A stretch of 64,000 nt of DNA from the human T2T-CHM13v2.0 reference genome, Homo sapiens: NCBI RefSeq assembly GCF_009914755.1, contig NC_060946.1; one strand, written 5' to 3'. Positions within the stretch are counted from its first letter, which is position 1. Every line of letters begins with the position of its first letter. Both the position numbers and the translations under genes were made by a program. This document shows positions 34,406-46,873 of the stretch, piece by piece. Below the pieces are notes generated by a model, which did no database searches, was not told the origin of the DNA, and saw only the letters and a program-made list of their open reading frames with translations.

Positions 34406-35422
34406 TTACAATTTGGCATGTTTTTGCAGTGGCTGGTACCAGTTGTCCTTTTCCATGTTTAGTGCTTCCTTCAGGAGCACTTTTAGGGCAGGCCTGGTGG
34501 TGATAAAATCTCTCAGCATTTGCTTGTCTGTAAAGTATTTTATTTCTCCTTCACTTATGAAGCTTAGTTTGGCTGGATATGAAATTCTGGGTTGAAAATT
34601 CTTTTCTTTAAGAATGTTGAATATTGGCCCCCACTCTCTTCTGGCTTGAAGAATTTCTGCCGAGAGATCAGCTGTTAGTCTGATGGGCTTCCCTTTGTGG
34701 GTAACCCGACCTTTCTCTCTGGCTGCCCTTAACATTTTTTCCTTCATTTCAACTTTGGTGAATTTGACAATTATGTGTCTTGGAGTTTCTCTTATTGAGG
34801 AGTATCTTTGTGGCGTTCTCTGTATTTCCTGAATCTGAATGTTGGCCTGCCTTGCTAGATTGGGGAAGTCCTCCTGGATAATATCTTGCAGAGTGTTTTC
34901 CAACTTAGTTCCATTCTCCCCATCACTTTCAGGTACACCAATCAGACGTAGGTTTCATCTTTTCACATAGTCCCATATTTCTTGGAGGCTTTGTTCGTTT
35001 CTTTTTATTCTTTTTTCTCTAAACTTCCCTTCTCCCTTCATTTAATTCATTTCATCTTCCATCACTGATACCCTTTCTTCCAGTTGATTGCATCGGCTCC
35101 TGAGGCTTCTGCCTTCTTCACGTAGTTCTCGAAACTTGGCTTTCAGCTCCATCAGATACTTTAAGCATTTCTCTGCATTGATTATTCCAGTTATACATTC
35201 GTCTAATTGTTTTTCAAAGTTTTTAACTTCTTTGCTATTGGTTTGAATTTCCTCCTGTAGCTTGCAGTAGTTTGATCATCTGAAGCCTCCTTCTCTCAAA
35301 TCGTCAAAGTTATTCTCTGTCCAGTTTTATTCCATTGCTGTTGAGGAACTGCGTTCCTTTGGAGAAGGAGAGGCACTCTGCTTTTTAGAGTTTCCAGTTT
35401 TTCTGCTCTGTTTTCTCCCCAT
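34406..35422 (-). pseudogene. L1 ORF1, full 1017-nt span with nonsense codons
   Basis: ATG at 35422 (MGRKQSRKTGNSKKQSA); in-frame TGA at 34955-34957 in the YVKR*NL motif and a TAA near 35043; C-terminal part is ORF 34406..34903. Confidence 0.92.
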
Positions 35423-36446
35423 CTTTGTGGTTTTATCAACTTTTGGTCTTTGATGATGGTGATGTACAGATGGGTTTTTGGTGTGGGTGTTCTGTTTGTT
35501 AGTTTTCCTTCTAACAGACAGGACCCTCAGCTGCAGGTCTGTTGGAGTTTGCTAGAGGTCCACGCCGGACCCTGTTTGCCTGGGTATCAGCAGCAGTGGC
35601 TGCAGAACAGCGGATTTTCGTGAACAACAAATTCAGCTGTCTGATCATTCCTCTGGAAGTTTGGTCTCAGAGGACTACCCGGCCGAGTGAGGTGTCAGTC
35701 TGTCCCTACAGGGGAGTGCCTCCCAGTTAGGCTGCTCGGGGTTCAGTGACCCACTTTAGGAGGCAGTCTGCCCAGTCTCAGATCTCCAGTTGCGTGTTGG
35801 GAGAACCACTACTCTCTTCAAAGCTGTCAGATAGGGACATTTAATCTGCAGAGGTTACTGCTGACTTTTTGTTTGTCTGTGCCCTGCCCCCAGAGGTGGA
35901 GCCTACAGAGGCAGACAGGCCTCCTGGAGCTGTGGTGGGCTCCACCCAGTTCCAGCTGCCTGGCTGCTTTGTTTACCTAAGAAAGCCTGGGCAATGGCGG
36001 GCCCCACTGCCCCAGCCTCGCTGCCGCCTTGCAGTTTGATCTCAGAGTGCCATGCTAGCAATCAGCAAGTCTCCATTGGCATAAGACCCTCCGAGACAGG
36101 TGCAGGACACAATCTCCTGGTGTGCCGTTTTCCAAGCCTGTTGGAAAAGTGCAGTATTAGGGTGAGAGTGACCCGATTTTCCAGGTGCCATCTGTCACCC
36201 CTTTCTTTGACTAGGAAAGGGAACTCCCTGACCCCTTGTGCTTCCTGAGTGAGGCAATGCCTCGACCAGCTTCGGCTCCCACACGGTGGGCTATACCCAC
36301 TGTCCTGCACCCACTGTTTGGCACTCCCTTAGTGAGATGAACCTGGTACCTTAGATGGAAATGCAGAAATCACCCGTCTTCTGTGTCACTCACGCTGGGA
36401 GCTGTAGACCGGAGCTGTTCCTGTTCGGCCATCTTGGCTCCACCCC

Positions 36447-36796
36447 TCATTTCATTATTTCATCATTTCACTTCATTTCATCATTTCATTTCATCATTTC
36501 ATACCATTTCTTCATTTCATCATTTCATTTCATTTCACCATTTCACTTCATCATTTCATTTCAGCATTTCATTTCATTTCCTCATTTCATTCCACCATTT
36601 CATTTCATCATTTCATTTCATCTCATCATTTCATTTCATCATTTCATTTCAGCATTTCATTTCATCATTTCACCATTTCACTTTATCTCATCATTTCATT
36701 TCATTTCATCATTTTATCATTTCATTTCATTTCATCATTTCATTTCATCATTTCATTTCATTTCATGTCATCATTTCATCATTTCATTTCATTTCA
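36447..36796 (+). repeat. (CATTT)n / CATCATTT satellite-like array
   Basis: 350 bp of cattt and catcattt units starting immediately at the L1 5' end. Confidence 0.95.
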
Positions 36797-37669
36797 GTGA
36801 TACATGTATTTAAGTACTAATGTGATGCCCAGGAGACACCCTATTTCCCTTTGTAAAACACCTCCTTCAACAAAAGTCAACCTCTCATGGCTGGCTAAGT
36901 CTACAGGGATACCAGCCTCTCTTCAACCACCCAATTTGATTCAGAACCTCAAACAGCACCTCAGTTTCATAAAAACCTAAAACATAAACACAACACTTGG
37001 TTGTAAGTGAGCCAACAGTTTCTTGTCTCTTTCTCCACTCAAGGCTTAAGGCCGTGTCTACCCAACTATGTTCAGTGGAAGAAAAGATCCCCTGGACGAA
37101 TAAGTTTGAGAACTGTTTTTGCAGGACTTCTCAGAACCTTTAAAACACAAATAGTCATCCGCAGGGATCTTCAGGAGGGAGATGGCTGATGCACAACAAA
37201 TTTCTTTCACAGGAGTATCTTACAGAATACAGTATGAGACGCAGAAATGCTGCATTGAGTCTTTTTAAGGGCCCGGGCCTTTGTGGCATTGGGGTAGGAG
37301 CTGTCCAGATAGCATCTAATGAGTAGGAACATTCAGGTTGCTTTTTTTTTCCTTACTGGCAAAACTGTGTGTGCATCATGAATGAAGCCAGTCTCCCTTA
37401 TCCATATCAAAACTAAACCCAAATTAATTGGCTAAATTGGCACTCAACATCTCCAGGAGCCATGCGGAAGAAAGCCCCACCACACTTTAAAGTAGCTTAC
37501 CTCATATTTGATGAAAGCAAAACACTTATGACCAGTGTGCTGCTAATACAAGTCAACAGATAATGCTGTATGAAAAATTATTTTTCCCAATTATAGCTAG
37601 CATAGTCCACATTTTGCATTACACTTTCCCCCCTTTTTTAAAATTTTAAACACAGGTCCTTTTCTCTCC

Positions 37670-37812
37670 TTTTTTTAAATTTTAATTTAATTATACAAGA
37701 CGGAGTCTCAGTATGTTGCCCAGGCTGGTCTTCAACTCCTGAGATCAAGCGATACATCCGTCTCCGCCTCCGAAAGTGCTGAGATTACAGGCCTGAGACA
37801 CTGTGCCTGGCC
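37670..37812 (-). mobile_element. Alu monomer (FLAM/AluJ left arm)
   Basis: agacggagtctcagtatgttgcccaggctggtcttcaactcctgagatcaagcgat...gtgcctggcc. Confidence 0.82.
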
Positions 37813-38182
37813 TTAAACACAAATCTTAATTCATTCTTACAATTATCCTGAGGTTAGAAAAATGGAAGGCGAAGAAAAATGGCAACATTATTTTGAAGGC
37901 TGACTTCGGCTACATTATTTGGAAGGACAGTTTGCTCGGTTAAAACACACTACTGCCCACAAAGGCCAAGACAACAGAAAAATACAGACATATAAATAGA
38001 TTTTATATGTGACAGCAGTTTGAATGGAGACTTTTTCAATGCAAATGACAAACAGCTGTCCTTGGGAATAAATGACAACGAATTTTTTTTATCTCAACAG
38101 CTGTCCTGAGAGCATGTCTCTACATCTCTACCTGCATTCTGGAATCAGGGAGAAAGCCAAAACGGACGACAAGACACTAGAT

Positions 38183-38371
38183 CAGCTGTGTCCAACCCTT
38201 TGACTACAAGGACTTTTCCGCCTATCTGTGGTGGTGGGTATCAGAAAATTATGCAAAAACCTTTTTTTTTTTAAGCTCATAAGCTATTGTTAGCAGTAGT
38301 GTATTTTATGTGTGGCCCAGGAGCATTCTTCTTCCAATGTGGCCCTGAAAAACCAAAAGACTGGACACCTG
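38183..38371. mobile_element. MER30-like hAT DNA transposon
   Basis: cagctgtgtccaacccttt...gtgtattttatgtgtggccc...ccaaaagactggacacctg; imperfect terminal inverted repeats. Confidence 0.7.
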
Positions 38372-38489
38372 TGCACTAGATCAAAAGGCTACTCCTTCTG
38401 GAAGCAATTGTAAAGAATTTCTGACATTATCTTGACATGAAAACCAATGGATAGTGGGACAGAATGAAAAATCTTCAAGAATTTTTCTT

Positions 38490-38757
38490 GTTTTTTTTTT
38501 TTTTTTTTTTGAGTCAAGGTGTTGCTCTGTGGCTCAGGCTGGAATACACTGGTGAGATCACAGATCAGTGCAGGCTCAAGTGCTCCTCCCGCCTCAGCCA
38601 CAGTAGTAGCTAGGACTACAGATGTGCACAACCACTCCTGGCTAAAATTTTATTTTTTGTAGACGTAGGGTCTCACTATATTGTCCAGGTTGGTCTCAAA
38701 CTCCTTGACTCAAGGGATCCAGGACAGGATAACAGGCGTGAGTCACCACACCTGGCT
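38490..38757 (-). mobile_element. AluJ-type SINE
   Basis: Poly-T, then ...caggctggaatacactggtgagatcacag...ggctcaagtgctcctcccgcctcagcc...caccacacctggct. Confidence 0.85.
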
Positions 38758-39129
38758 ATGTGCATGAACTTTTAAGACAAATACAAGGCTCCACAAAAGT
38801 TAAGGTTTTCCCACCTAATTTCCAGGGGATCTTTTGGTGCAAGGATGAGAAACCCTTAAAAGTACACAGACAACTCCAAAGATTCAAGAGAGTTCATTTG
38901 GGCTGAGCCAGCCCACTGGGCAGACTGACCTTCAAACAAGGCCCACCCATGACATACACCAGATGGCTCTCCAAGAATCTCTCCAGTTCTCAGGGTCGCT
39001 AAGGTACTGGACAGAGCTAGGAAAGCAAACCCATTTGCTTCTTCCTGCACGAACCCCCTTGAGGTCAAGAACCCACAATCAGATGAGGATGGAGTAGCTC
39101 ACCCTCAGTCAACAGTCCAGACTCAAGGT

Positions 39130-39290
39130 GGTATAATGTCTTAACCAAGGGTGTGGGACTCCAGGTCTGAATCCCAACTCAGTTCTCCTTTGATAACCAC
39201 ACTTTGTTAATTTTCCTTAACAGGGGTTCCTGGCAAGTCATTTCTCCCTCAGGCCTTCGGTTTCCTCACCTACAACATGAGAAGGCTGCA
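39130..39290 (+). mobile_element. MIR fragment
   Basis: tgaatcccaactc...ggcaagtcatttctccctcaggccttcggtttcctcacctacaacatg core. Confidence 0.55.
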
Positions 39291-39309
39291 CCAGATGGAA
39301 ATTCAGGGC

Positions 39310-39964
39310 ATAAGGGGACGTCCGCGCACAGCCCACCCCGCCCACGGGCCCCTCAAGCCTCCATCACAGTTCCCAACACACACCCGCCCCACAAATCCTG
39401 CCCAAGGTGAGGGCTGGTCCCCAGTCCTCCGGCTGCTGCATCAGCGAGTGCGGGAGGGAGGAGAAGCCTCCAAGGGAGCGACGCGGGCTCAAGGATGCAA
39501 CTCGGCCAGGAGTGAACTGGGGCCTCGAGGGAGATGTCCAGTCCGGTGCTGGAGCCCAACCCTGGTCCCCGACCCCGTTACCTCCATGGTCCTTATCTCC
39601 TGCTGGGTGAGGTCCTTGGACACAGCGCACTTGGTGCGCAGCCCGCGCAGGCTGCCAACGGAGATGCGGATGAGCTTCTGGAGCTGCCCGCACTGCCGCA
39701 GCGCCTGGCTGGCCGCGACCCCTGCGCCTCCCTCCGCGATAGCCGTGTTACCCCCGCCACCGTCCTCCTTCCTCTCTCCCATCGGGGCCGAGCGCAGCGC
39801 TGCTCTATGCATGCTGCAGCGGCCCAGGAGCGGAGCCTAAGGCGTGGGTGTCTAGGCAAGGAACCCCCAAACCGGGAGAGCTGGACCAGGAGCGACCCTC
39901 GGCACTGCCTTAGCCAGGACGCCAGTAGATCTGGCAGCCGAATCTGCCGATCCCGCCCTCAGAC
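39310..39964. promoter_or_regulatory. CpG-rich region around the KSR1-like exon (5'UTR/promoter remnant), continuous with the GC-rich array
   Basis: High GC and many CpGs against an AT-rich background; activity not shown. Confidence 0.55.
39582..39812 (-). pseudogene. KSR1: Duplicated KSR1 coding exon 1 (77 codons; start of the CA1/CC-SAM region), unprocessed pseudogene fragment (KSR1P-like)
   Basis: [77 protein letters not shown] matches recalled KSR1 [77 protein letters not shown]. Similarity ends at donor GAG|gtaacg; no exon 2 seen. Confidence 0.93.
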
Positions 39965-40640
39965 CCGCGGCGGTAGGGGCAAAAAGCTGCGACGGCGGGG
40001 TTAAAAAGCCGCAGCGGTAAAAACCTGCGGCGGCGGGAGTAAAAAGCCGCGTCGACAAAAAGCCGTGGCGGCGGGGAAAAAGCCGCGGTGGTGGGGGCAA
40101 AAAGCCGCGGCGGCGGGGGCAAAAAACCACAAAAAGCCGCGGCGGCCGGCGCAAAAAGCCGCAACGGTGGGGGCAAAAATCCGGGGCGGTGGGGGAAAAA
40201 GCCGGGGCGACGGGGGCAAAAAGCTGCGGTGACGGGGGCAAAAAGCCGTAAAAAGCCGCAGCGTCGGGGGCAAAAAGCAGCAAAAAGCCTGGGCGGCGGG
40301 GGCAAGAAGCTGCGGCGGGAAAAACCTGGGGCGGCGGGGGCTAAAAGCCGTAAAAAGCCGCGGCGCCGGGGGCCAAAAGCCATAAAAAGCCGCGGCGGCG
40401 GTGGCAAAAAGCCGCGGCTGAAAAAGTCGCGGTGGCGGGGCCAAAAAGCCGCGGCGGCGGGAGGAGAAAGACGCAAAAAGCTTCAGCGGCAAAAAGCCGC
40501 GGCGGCGAGGGCAAAGAGCCCCAAAATGCCGCGGCGGCAGGGGCTAAATTCCGCGAGGCTGGGGGCAGAAAGACGTAAAAACCCGCAGCGGCGGCAGGAA
40601 AAATCCACGGCGGCAAAAAGCCGCGTCGGCGGGGGCAAAA
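39965..40640 (+). repeat. CAAAAAGCCGCGGCGGGG array, copy 2
   Basis: Same unit and orientation as 6082-7889; shorter (676 bp). Confidence 0.95.
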
Positions 40641-40786
40641 TAGTGGAAATGGGGTAGAAGGCCAGCACAGCTTTGCATTCCTGGAGTGTGATGTGGAAGG
40701 AAAAGTGCAGAGGAAGACAAACAAAGATGTAAGTAGGCTTGACTCAGTGCAGCTAAGAGCCCAGATGTTATCTTGATGTTATCTAT

Positions 40787-40913
40787 CAGCTAATTTTTTC
40801 TATTTTAGTAGAGAAGGGGTTTTACCACCTTGGCCAGGATGGTCTCGATCTCCTGACCTCATGATCCACGCACCTCAGCCTCCCAAAGTGGTGGGATTAG
40901 AGGCATGAGCCAC
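40787..40913 (-). mobile_element. Half Alu (left arm only) at the end of the shared flank
   Basis: cagctaattttttctattttagtagagaagggg...ctcgatctcctgacctcatgatcc...ggcatgagccac. Confidence 0.87.
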
Positions 40914-41949
40914 AAAGTGCTCAAAAAATCTATTAATTAAAAATGTGTATGTAGCCGTCTTTAATCTACCATGTCCATTAGCAGATAAATACTATAAGCA
41001 AAATAACAACAATGAAAGAAACATAGACTTAGAGTAGATACTCTGATTTATTTAATAAAAATTTGAAAATAGACCAAATTACTCTATGATAAAAAAAAAT
41101 CAGTTACTATTGAGGATGAGGGTTAGTGTTTGGAAAGGGGCAGAAGTATCTCTATTTTTAGTAATGTTCTATTTTCATACATGGTTATGAGCAAATACAT
41201 GTGTTTCATTAATGAAGCTATCCATATTTAATCATTGTACTTTTCTGCATGTATGATATATGTCAATAAATGTCTTAAATTATATACAGCAAAAATAGAC
41301 AAAAGCACAAGAAGACATACACAAATGTTAAACCTAGAGAGAAATTTGAATATAAGTAAGTCTCTGAATGACTGGTAGAACAAACCGAAAAATAGGATGG
41401 AGAGGTTTGGAACAGCATGATTAGCAAAATTGACATATCTGTCTTTTAATATAGGTAGAAACATAGATAAAAACAGGACTTGTCTCGGAGCATGATTTCT
41501 GAAAATAGTGGAATCGAGTTTGAATCTAGTAAGTACATATAAATAAATGTCTTAAAACTCCTCTTATGTTAGCTAATTAAGAAATATTATTGTAATAGAC
41601 ATTAGAAAATATTTTAATAAATTGAATGCATTTCACATGCTAAGGAAATGATCTTACTTGCATTTGATAGTTCAATTAGATACATATATACCTATAGGTA
41701 GTTTAAAATATTTCTAATAACCTTATATACTTTTAAAAAAGCATTGATATCTGTTTGCACTATCTGGTCTATAGAGTACACATACCAAACATGATTATAG
41801 CTCTTCTGCTATAAACTTCAAATGTCTAATTAATACAAAAATCTAGAATGAGAAGAGTTCTTTGCAATTTTTTTTTTTTACGAAATAGAATATAGGAAAG
41901 ATAGCTGCAAATATACCTGACACACTTATCTGTGAGTATGGTGGTAGCC

Positions 41950-42246
41950 TTTTTATTTTATTTTATTTTGAGAGAGGGTCTCACTTTGTCACCCAAGATG
42001 GAGTGCAGTCATGTGATCAGAGCTCACTGAAGCCTTCACATACTGTGCTCAAGTGATTCTCCCACCTCAGTCTCCTGAGTAGCAGGGACTGCAAGTGCAT
42101 GACACCATACTAGCTAATTTTTGTAAAGATGGGGTTTCACCATGTTGCCCTGGCTGATCTCCATCTCCTGGACTCAAGAGATCTGGTCACCTTGGCCTCC
42201 CAAAGTGCTGGGATTATAGTTTTGAGGCACCGTGATCAGCCCAGCC
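41950..42246 (-). mobile_element. AluJ-type SINE
   Basis: ttttgagagagggtctcactttgtcaccc...gctcaagtgattctcccacctcag...cccagcc. Confidence 0.88.
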
Positions 42247-44009
42247 TTAAAAAAGGCTGACTAGAGATCTTCATCTATGTATATCTATATCTATCTATAA
42301 AATAAACATATGTGTTTCTTATATAAAAATATATATTATTAATATTATATAAAATTTTTTTTTCAAGGTAGAAATATATAAAGAGAGTGCATGTAGAGCC
42401 TGGGGCATTGTGTAGTAAAGCTCAAGGCCTCTGGAGAAATGCCCCTTGCCTCTTTTGTCTGGGCTAGAATCCGAGAAGGGAAAGCAGCAGATGCACTGGT
42501 TCCCAGGTTCTTGGCATCCTACAGAGAGAAACTTGTTTGAGCTAGAGTAGCGTTAAACACCCTTGTTCTTACTCTCCTGTTTTATATAGTGAGCAGAGAC
42601 TAGCTTCATGAGAACAGACTGTGATAGTCAAGGCTGTCTGTTATTTTGTGCAGCATTAATTGAAAAATTCTAGCACCTGAAGACCTCTGGGCCATTTGAG
42701 GTTAGGTGCAGGGGAGGAAAGGGAACTTTGCATCCCTCCTGCTGTGGAGAGAACCCGTGGGAAGCACAGACCTTGTCCTAACTGAAGGCAGACCCCCTTG
42801 CTAACCAGCTTCTCATCAGCCAACCCTGGATGAGTTTCCTTCTCTATTTACTAAATAATCCTTATTGCTTTTCTTCACATGGGCAAAGTATGGTTTACAG
42901 GGAATATTGTTCCTTTGAACACCCATCATGGAAAACCCTTCCTGTTGTGGGAAAACAGGCTTCCATATGTGTCTTATTGGGAAACACATATGCAATTTCT
43001 ATGTTTTTACTGCATCTATTTCATGGATATGGGAACTGAATAGTGCCCATCAAAGGCTCACCTGATGTTGGAAATTGATCTGAGAGCACGGAAGGACAGA
43101 ATTCTTTCTTTGTTCCTGAGCAGCGGTGGTTGAGGGATCATATTGTGGCAGCTACAGTGGCAATGATGGAGGCAGAATGGAGGGCTCAGTACCAAGACAA
43201 GGAGAGACTTGGCCTCACAATGGCAGCATTGCAGGGGTGCACTCTGCAGAGCATTTGTTCACATGGTTTTGGGCATTGTCTCTAACTACATTGCTTCCCC
43301 AATAGGTTGACCCATTCTAACTGACTCCTTTTCTCTTTAAAAAAGCAAACTTAATTTGTATGACTTGCAATTGTAAACGACACCAATTGGCCAGTTATCA
43401 TTCAAATTTTCTGTTACTTAATTCTGCCTTTTCCTGACGTATGCAACTTTCCCCTAAAAAATTGGACACTTTGTTGCTTACTCATTGTCTTTACACATTT
43501 TAAAATGTTGCTTAAGCCCCCAATCCCTAACTACATTTTCAAAGTTTTGCAAGTGGAGTCCATGTGTTCTTGATTTACATGAAGCTCAAAATAATGGTTA
43601 TAGTAACTAGTACTTCATAATTAAGCAAAAAGCTCTTATTGAAAAATGACAGAACTATACATAGGGATGACAACATGGAGAGATATTTCGTGTGATCACA
43701 AAGTTATGGTATGGCAGAAGTAGAACGCTGAGTAGAGACTCTGTGTTCCCAATCATTATTTCTACCACCAGCTTTCTATGTTGATGTTAATAATGTTCTT
43801 ATGTGGGCAACCCTACATATTTGCCAATGTTTAGTTCATTGACAAAGAAATAGAAAGAGCTTCAAGAACTCTCTAATCTTTAAAAAATAAAATACCTATA
43901 ATTGGCCATACGAAAAAAATGGTATTTGACATATACTGAGATCGTTTTATTTTGTGCTAGACAAATGAAGTCATAGAATAGAATGTGCTTTAAATATTAT
44001 GAATGGTGC

Positions 44010-44011
<2 letters not shown>

Positions 44012-44053
<42 letters not shown>
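44012..44053 (+). repeat. (TG)n microsatellite, about 21 units
   Basis: Pure tg run. Confidence 0.95.
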
Positions 44054-44054
<1 letters not shown>

Positions 44055-46239
44055 TATAGATGCATATTAGGCCGCTGAAAAGTTTTATTATTCTTTCCAG
44101 GAGAGAGACTACCAACTTTTGAACCTAACTAGAACAAGTATACTGCTTCTTCATATTTTTCTTAAGGCAAAGAGAGTCTAGTTAAAAATAATTCAACTTA
44201 TCGTGGAAATGCTATAAATTGCTGTGAAGTGAGTTGCTGGCTATGGCTTGTCAGAGCAAATATGTTGTACAAATCTTCGGGGAGACTTAGTGCTTATGCA
44301 TTAAAATCAAATCATATTGCAGCACACTGAGAAAAACGTTAGATTTTTAAAATAATTTCAAAGTCATGAAAAGAGCAAATATGCTCCACAAAGAGCCTAG
44401 CAACCCTCAATGACCAATGCCCCTTTAGTATAGTTTGCTATCTGAATTAGAATCCCAGAATCTACAAATTCCTCTGGGTGAGGGTGCTGCATTTTGAGGA
44501 TTTTATAACACTGCCATCACCAAGTTCTCTTTTGATATTCACTTTAAGGAGATAATTTACGGGCAACCAGAGAGCATAAACCAAAGTAGATATCTATCTA
44601 GATAGCTAGATACATCTCCATATCATTGACAGGATACATTCTGGCCGAGCGTGAGTACAACCTATAGATGTGGTTGGAGAGAACATATGTTCCACCTCAA
44701 TGGCAGATCAGGATTATTCCTTCTCATCTGCTGCAATGGCACAATGTGTTAAAGAGAGGAGTGAGACAGCAAGAACCGCATTCATTCAGTCATACAGACC
44801 AAAAGGAGGAATGTCGCCCAGCCCTCTAAACTGACCCAGAACCCAGCTCGTGTCTCAACTGCTACCTCTCCTACTTAGAAAGAAGTAACTCCACCAAAGC
44901 AGGGTTCTGGACAAATATATTTTTATTGATCATATACAAATAGATGAAGATGGACTTGGATGTTAAGAAAAATAATACTATACAAAATCGAGAGTAGACA
45001 GTCGCCCCTAGACTTAAATTAAGGGTGTGTACATTAGATAATTTAATCCAATGTATCAGGTAAAAACTTGAACAAACCTTTTGGCCTCTTCCTTAAAATT
45101 CAGGGAAGCATGTCCTCCACAAAACAGAATCAAAATATAAATAAAAGACTGGCTTAAGATGAAAGGAAACCTTACAAATGAAAAGCCAGATGAGAGGCAC
45201 TTAACTGAGAATGAAAAGAAACTGAGTGGACAAAATAATTATGAGAAGATGAACCTTCAAATCAGAAAGAGGGAAGAAAGCTTATTTGGTACTATGGGAA
45301 CTCAAAAGAGAGTGAATACAAGTCTGAAAATTCAAAGAGTAAAGAAAAGTAGCATAACTAAATTAAGAGCATGAGAAAATGTATACAATTTTGAGTAATA
45401 AGAACAGAAATCAAAAGTAACTGTTGTATGTTATATTTTAGTAGAGCAACACTGAAGAAGATTGAAAAGAAGAAATAATATTAAATATGAACATATGGAG
45501 AAGAGAATAATATTTTTAAAATTTTTAGTTTCTAAGCTTATCTGAAATTTTAATTTTGTTTTCTTATGTAATACCAGAGTTATTAGGAAGGTATTATTTA
45601 ATAACACTATTTTCAGTGATATTTTAAGTATTTGTCCTAGAAAAATTTCTATTTTTTAAAAATGTATATTTAAAAATACATTAAATGTGTATATACATCA
45701 ATCATATGTATCGATTTATGTTTTTCTTGAATTGCAAATGAAATTTGTATTTTTGTGTTCCTGGAATAAAATAAACTTGAATCGATTGTAATATATTATT
45801 CATGCTGTAACTCTATGTATTTGAATACTTTAAGAATGTTACATTTATAGTTAACAGATACTGACCTATAAATTTTCTGTCATAATGATGCTGTGAGACA
45901 ATCTAAGAAGAATTAAAATTTAAATTCATCTATTCCTACTTTTTTCTCTGTTCTCTAACTGTAATATATTTTAATTACAGATGGAGGAACAGATAGATGT
46001 TAGATAAATAGGTATATAATAGATAGATCATCCAAAATTCTTATTCTTATGGTTTTATGTAGTCAGTATTTACCTCTATTTTTCTACATCCTTCCATTTT
46101 AGTTCGTTACTTCCTTCACCTTTGATGTCATATATATAAACAGGAAATAACACATGGTGGCCGGTATGTAGAGAGAGCCACAGGACTTGTGAATAAAATC
46201 CACAGGCAAGGATGTGGCGATTCCTTTTGCAATATTGGA

Positions 46240-46873
46240 GGGAATGTCAAACCCTATGTTTGCTGTGGAAAAGAGTATGGTAGTTCCTCAAAACATCAAA
46301 ATGGTATTTCCATATGATTCAGCAGCTCCACATCTCAGGATAGCAAAAGAATTGAAAGCAGAGTCTTGAAAAAATATTTACACATCCATGTTTGCAGCAG
46401 CATTATTGGCAATAGCTAAAACGTAGAAGCAAGTGAAGTGTCCAACAACAGATGAATGGATAAGCAAAATATGATATATACATACAATGGAATAGTATTC
46501 AGCCTTAAACATGAGGGAAATATTCTGACATATGTTGCAATTTGGATGAAACTTGAGGATATTATGCCAAGTGAAATAAGTTAGTCAGTGAAGGACAAAT
46601 ACAGTATAATTCCATTTGTATAAGGGACTTAAAGTAGACAGAATCATAGAGATAGTACAATGATGGTTGCCAGAAGCTGGGGGGAGGAAGAAATGGGGAA
46701 GTATTGCTTAATGGGTATAGAGTTTCAGTTTCACAAGATGAAACGAGTTATGGAGATGGATGGTAGGGATGGCTGCACAATGTTATGACTGTATTTAGTA
46801 CCACTGAACTGTACACTTAAAATGGTTAACAGAGTACATTTTATGTTATGTATATTTTACCACAATAAAAAAA
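46240..46873 (+). mobile_element. L1MA/L1MB-type 3' end
   Basis: tgtggaaaagagtatggtagttcctcaaaa...gatgaatggataagcaaaat...ccactgaactgtacacttaaaatggtt...tattttaccacaataaaaaaa. Confidence 0.82.

Noticed and set aside
36355-36820. H/F/I/S-rich ORFs
   Set aside because: Translation of (CATTT)n.
39852-40724. Same class of ORFs in array 2
   Set aside because: Repeat artefact.
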